Shown piece by piece: positions 62,912-64,000 of a DNA stretch of 64,000 nt. How positions within the stretch are numbered: position 1 is the stretch's first letter; each line of letters opens with the position of its first letter. Source of the DNA: Oscillospiraceae bacterium. GTDB lineage: Bacteria > Bacillota > Clostridia > Oscillospirales > UBA929. The DNA lies in the NCBI GenBank assembly GCA_009782215.1, contig WRKO01000003.1, forward strand, positions 66,514 to 130,513, read 5' to 3'. The notes under the pieces were generated by a model. It ran no database searches. It saw nothing but the letters and a program-made list of their open reading frames with translations, and was not told where the DNA came from. A program made the translations under genes and the position numbers.

Positions 62912-62975
62912 ACCTCAAATATAAATTTTCATACTCGCGCCCCTCATCACCGCAGAACGCTGATAACATTTCTAT

Positions 62976-63003
62976 ATTATAACACAGAAAACCGCTTTGT
63001 CAA
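62976..63003 (-). promoter_or_regulatory. promoter of the two Zn-ribbon genes
   Basis: Reverse strand reads TTGACA, 16 nt, TATAAT, with TGn. Confidence 0.5.
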
Positions 63004-63038
63004 TGCTTTTTGTAGGTTGTAAATGTGGGGAAACGTAC

Positions 63039-63458
63039 TTATTCCGCGTTATTGGGCAATCTATACATTTGTATATCGCCACAAATCTTAAATCCAAATT
63101 GCTCATACAAGCCCGATGCGTCTTTCGTGCCGAGCAGGCCGAGCAAGGATTCAAGTTGTTTATGTTTTGTTATAAAATCTATAAGTGCCTTTCCTATCTC
63201 TTGACCACGATACCTTTCATCAACGACAACATCTCCAAGCCAGTAAACAGCGGCATAATCGGTTATGACACGCGCAAACCCGATTAAAACATCATCTTTA
63301 TAGACTCCGAAGCAAAGAGAATTTTCAATTGTTTTATCAACAATTTCTTTTGAACGATTTTTTGCCCAATATGTTGTTTTCAAAAGCTCATATACACGGT
63401 CAATCTGAATCAATGATTTATCATCACTTATCAAAAAATCATTGTATCTTAATTCCAT
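63039..63458 (-). CDS. GNAT-family N-acetyltransferase
   Basis: 139 aa with the motif VVVDERYRGQEIGKALIDFI. Confidence 0.8.
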   Translation of the reverse strand: MELRYNDFLISDDKSLIQIDRVYELLKTTYWAKNRSKEIVDKTIENSLCFGVYKDDVLIGFARVITDYAAVYWLGDVVVDERYRGQEIGKALIDFITKHKQLESLLGLLGTKDASGLYEQFGFKICGDIQMYRLPNNAE

Positions 63459-63584
63459 TTGAAAACTCCTCTAAAACAAATTTTACTCGCAACCCTGCGA
63501 AAATCGGTTGATGGGTCTACTGTTTATTTGATTTAGTTGTTGTCTAAAATACCACTGCATCAAGGACGTTTATGACCGGCGGCG

Positions 63585-63612
63585 GGGAGGCGGGGATTTG
63601 ACCCCGCCTCCC
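63585..63612 (-). terminator. GC hairpin after the trpB-like gene
   Basis: GGGAGGCGGGG-ATTTGA-CCCCGCCTCCC. No U-tract. Confidence 0.45.
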
Positions 63613-63642
63613 TGCCCTTCCGGCCATGCATAAGTTTGTTTT

Positions 63643-64000
63643 TTACGCTTTCGGCAGTGTGGCGAAGGCTTTTTCCAAGTCCTCGTCGGTTGGGACATAA
63701 TCGGTCATTGAGCCGTCGAGGAAGGAGCTGTACGCCGTCATGTCGAAGTATCCGGTGCCGCTCAGGCCGAACAGGATGGTTTTGGTCTCCCCTGTTTTCT
63801 TGCACTCCAGCGCTTCGTCAATGGCCACGCGGATGGCGTGGGAGGATTCCGGCGCGGGCAGGATGGTTTCGACTTTGGCAAACAGCGCCGCCGCTTCAAA
63901 CACCGCCTTCTGCGGCACGGCGCGCGCGTCGATAACGCCGTCGTGGCGCAGCTTGGAGAGGATGGGGCTCATGCCGTGGAAACGCAGGCCACCCGCGTGG
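63643..64000 (-). CDS. TrpB-like PLP-dependent enzyme, 3' part (gene continues beyond the window)
   Basis: The frame stays open to the window edge (..HAGGLRFHGMSPILSKLRHDG..). The C-terminal region matches the tryptophan synthase beta-like (TrpB2) family. Confidence 0.7.
   Translation of the reverse strand, partial: HAGGLRFHGMSPILSKLRHDGVIDARAVPQKAVFEAAALFAKVETILPAPESSHAIRVAIDEALECKKTGETKTILFGLSGTGYFDMTAYSSFLDGSMTDYVPTDEDLEKAFATLPKA

Overview
64-kb bacterial chromosomal window. Gene content (yunB, SLH-anchored surface proteins, a Gram-positive-type type IV pilus operon, a Cheo-type LexA box) suggests a high-GC, spore-forming Firmicute of the Clostridia; this is inference. About 50 protein genes are supported, and no rRNA, tRNA or CRISPR array is present. 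Housekeeping genes are sodA, ligA, yunB, yggS, pncA-nadV, lexA and a queT operon. They are interleaved with five other blocks. (i) A GH5 plus ABC-importer glycan-utilisation operon (9.8-17.9 kb). (ii) An eight-gene type IV pilus operon, pilB-pilT-pilD-pilC-pilMN-pilO plus two small pilins (18.3-26.0 kb). (iii) A second surface locus (31.0-43.6 kb) encoding an SLH/cadherin-like protein, a sortase fused to a large C-terminal domain, a 2,847-aa protein with a canonical type IV prepilin N-terminus and GLUG-type repeat arrays, and a PilX-like minor pilin. (iv) A 2,142-aa acidic SLH surface protein driven by a consensus promoter. (v) Three AT-rich insertions. The most noteworthy items are these. First, the giant pilin / sortase-fusion / SLH locus. 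Second, a 2.7-kb AT-rich island bracketed by a perfect 21-bp direct repeat at the 3' end of yggS, carrying only unknown-function genes and no recombinase. Third, a 261-bp segment downstream of the pilus operon flanked by two convergent near-consensus promoters that both start at GAAGAACCC, giving a sense/antisense RNA pair with a 37-codon sORF (type I TA-like). Fourth, a leader-peptide/attenuator-like region upstream of an MFS efflux gene. All function calls rest on motif recognition in the supplied translations; no database searches were run.
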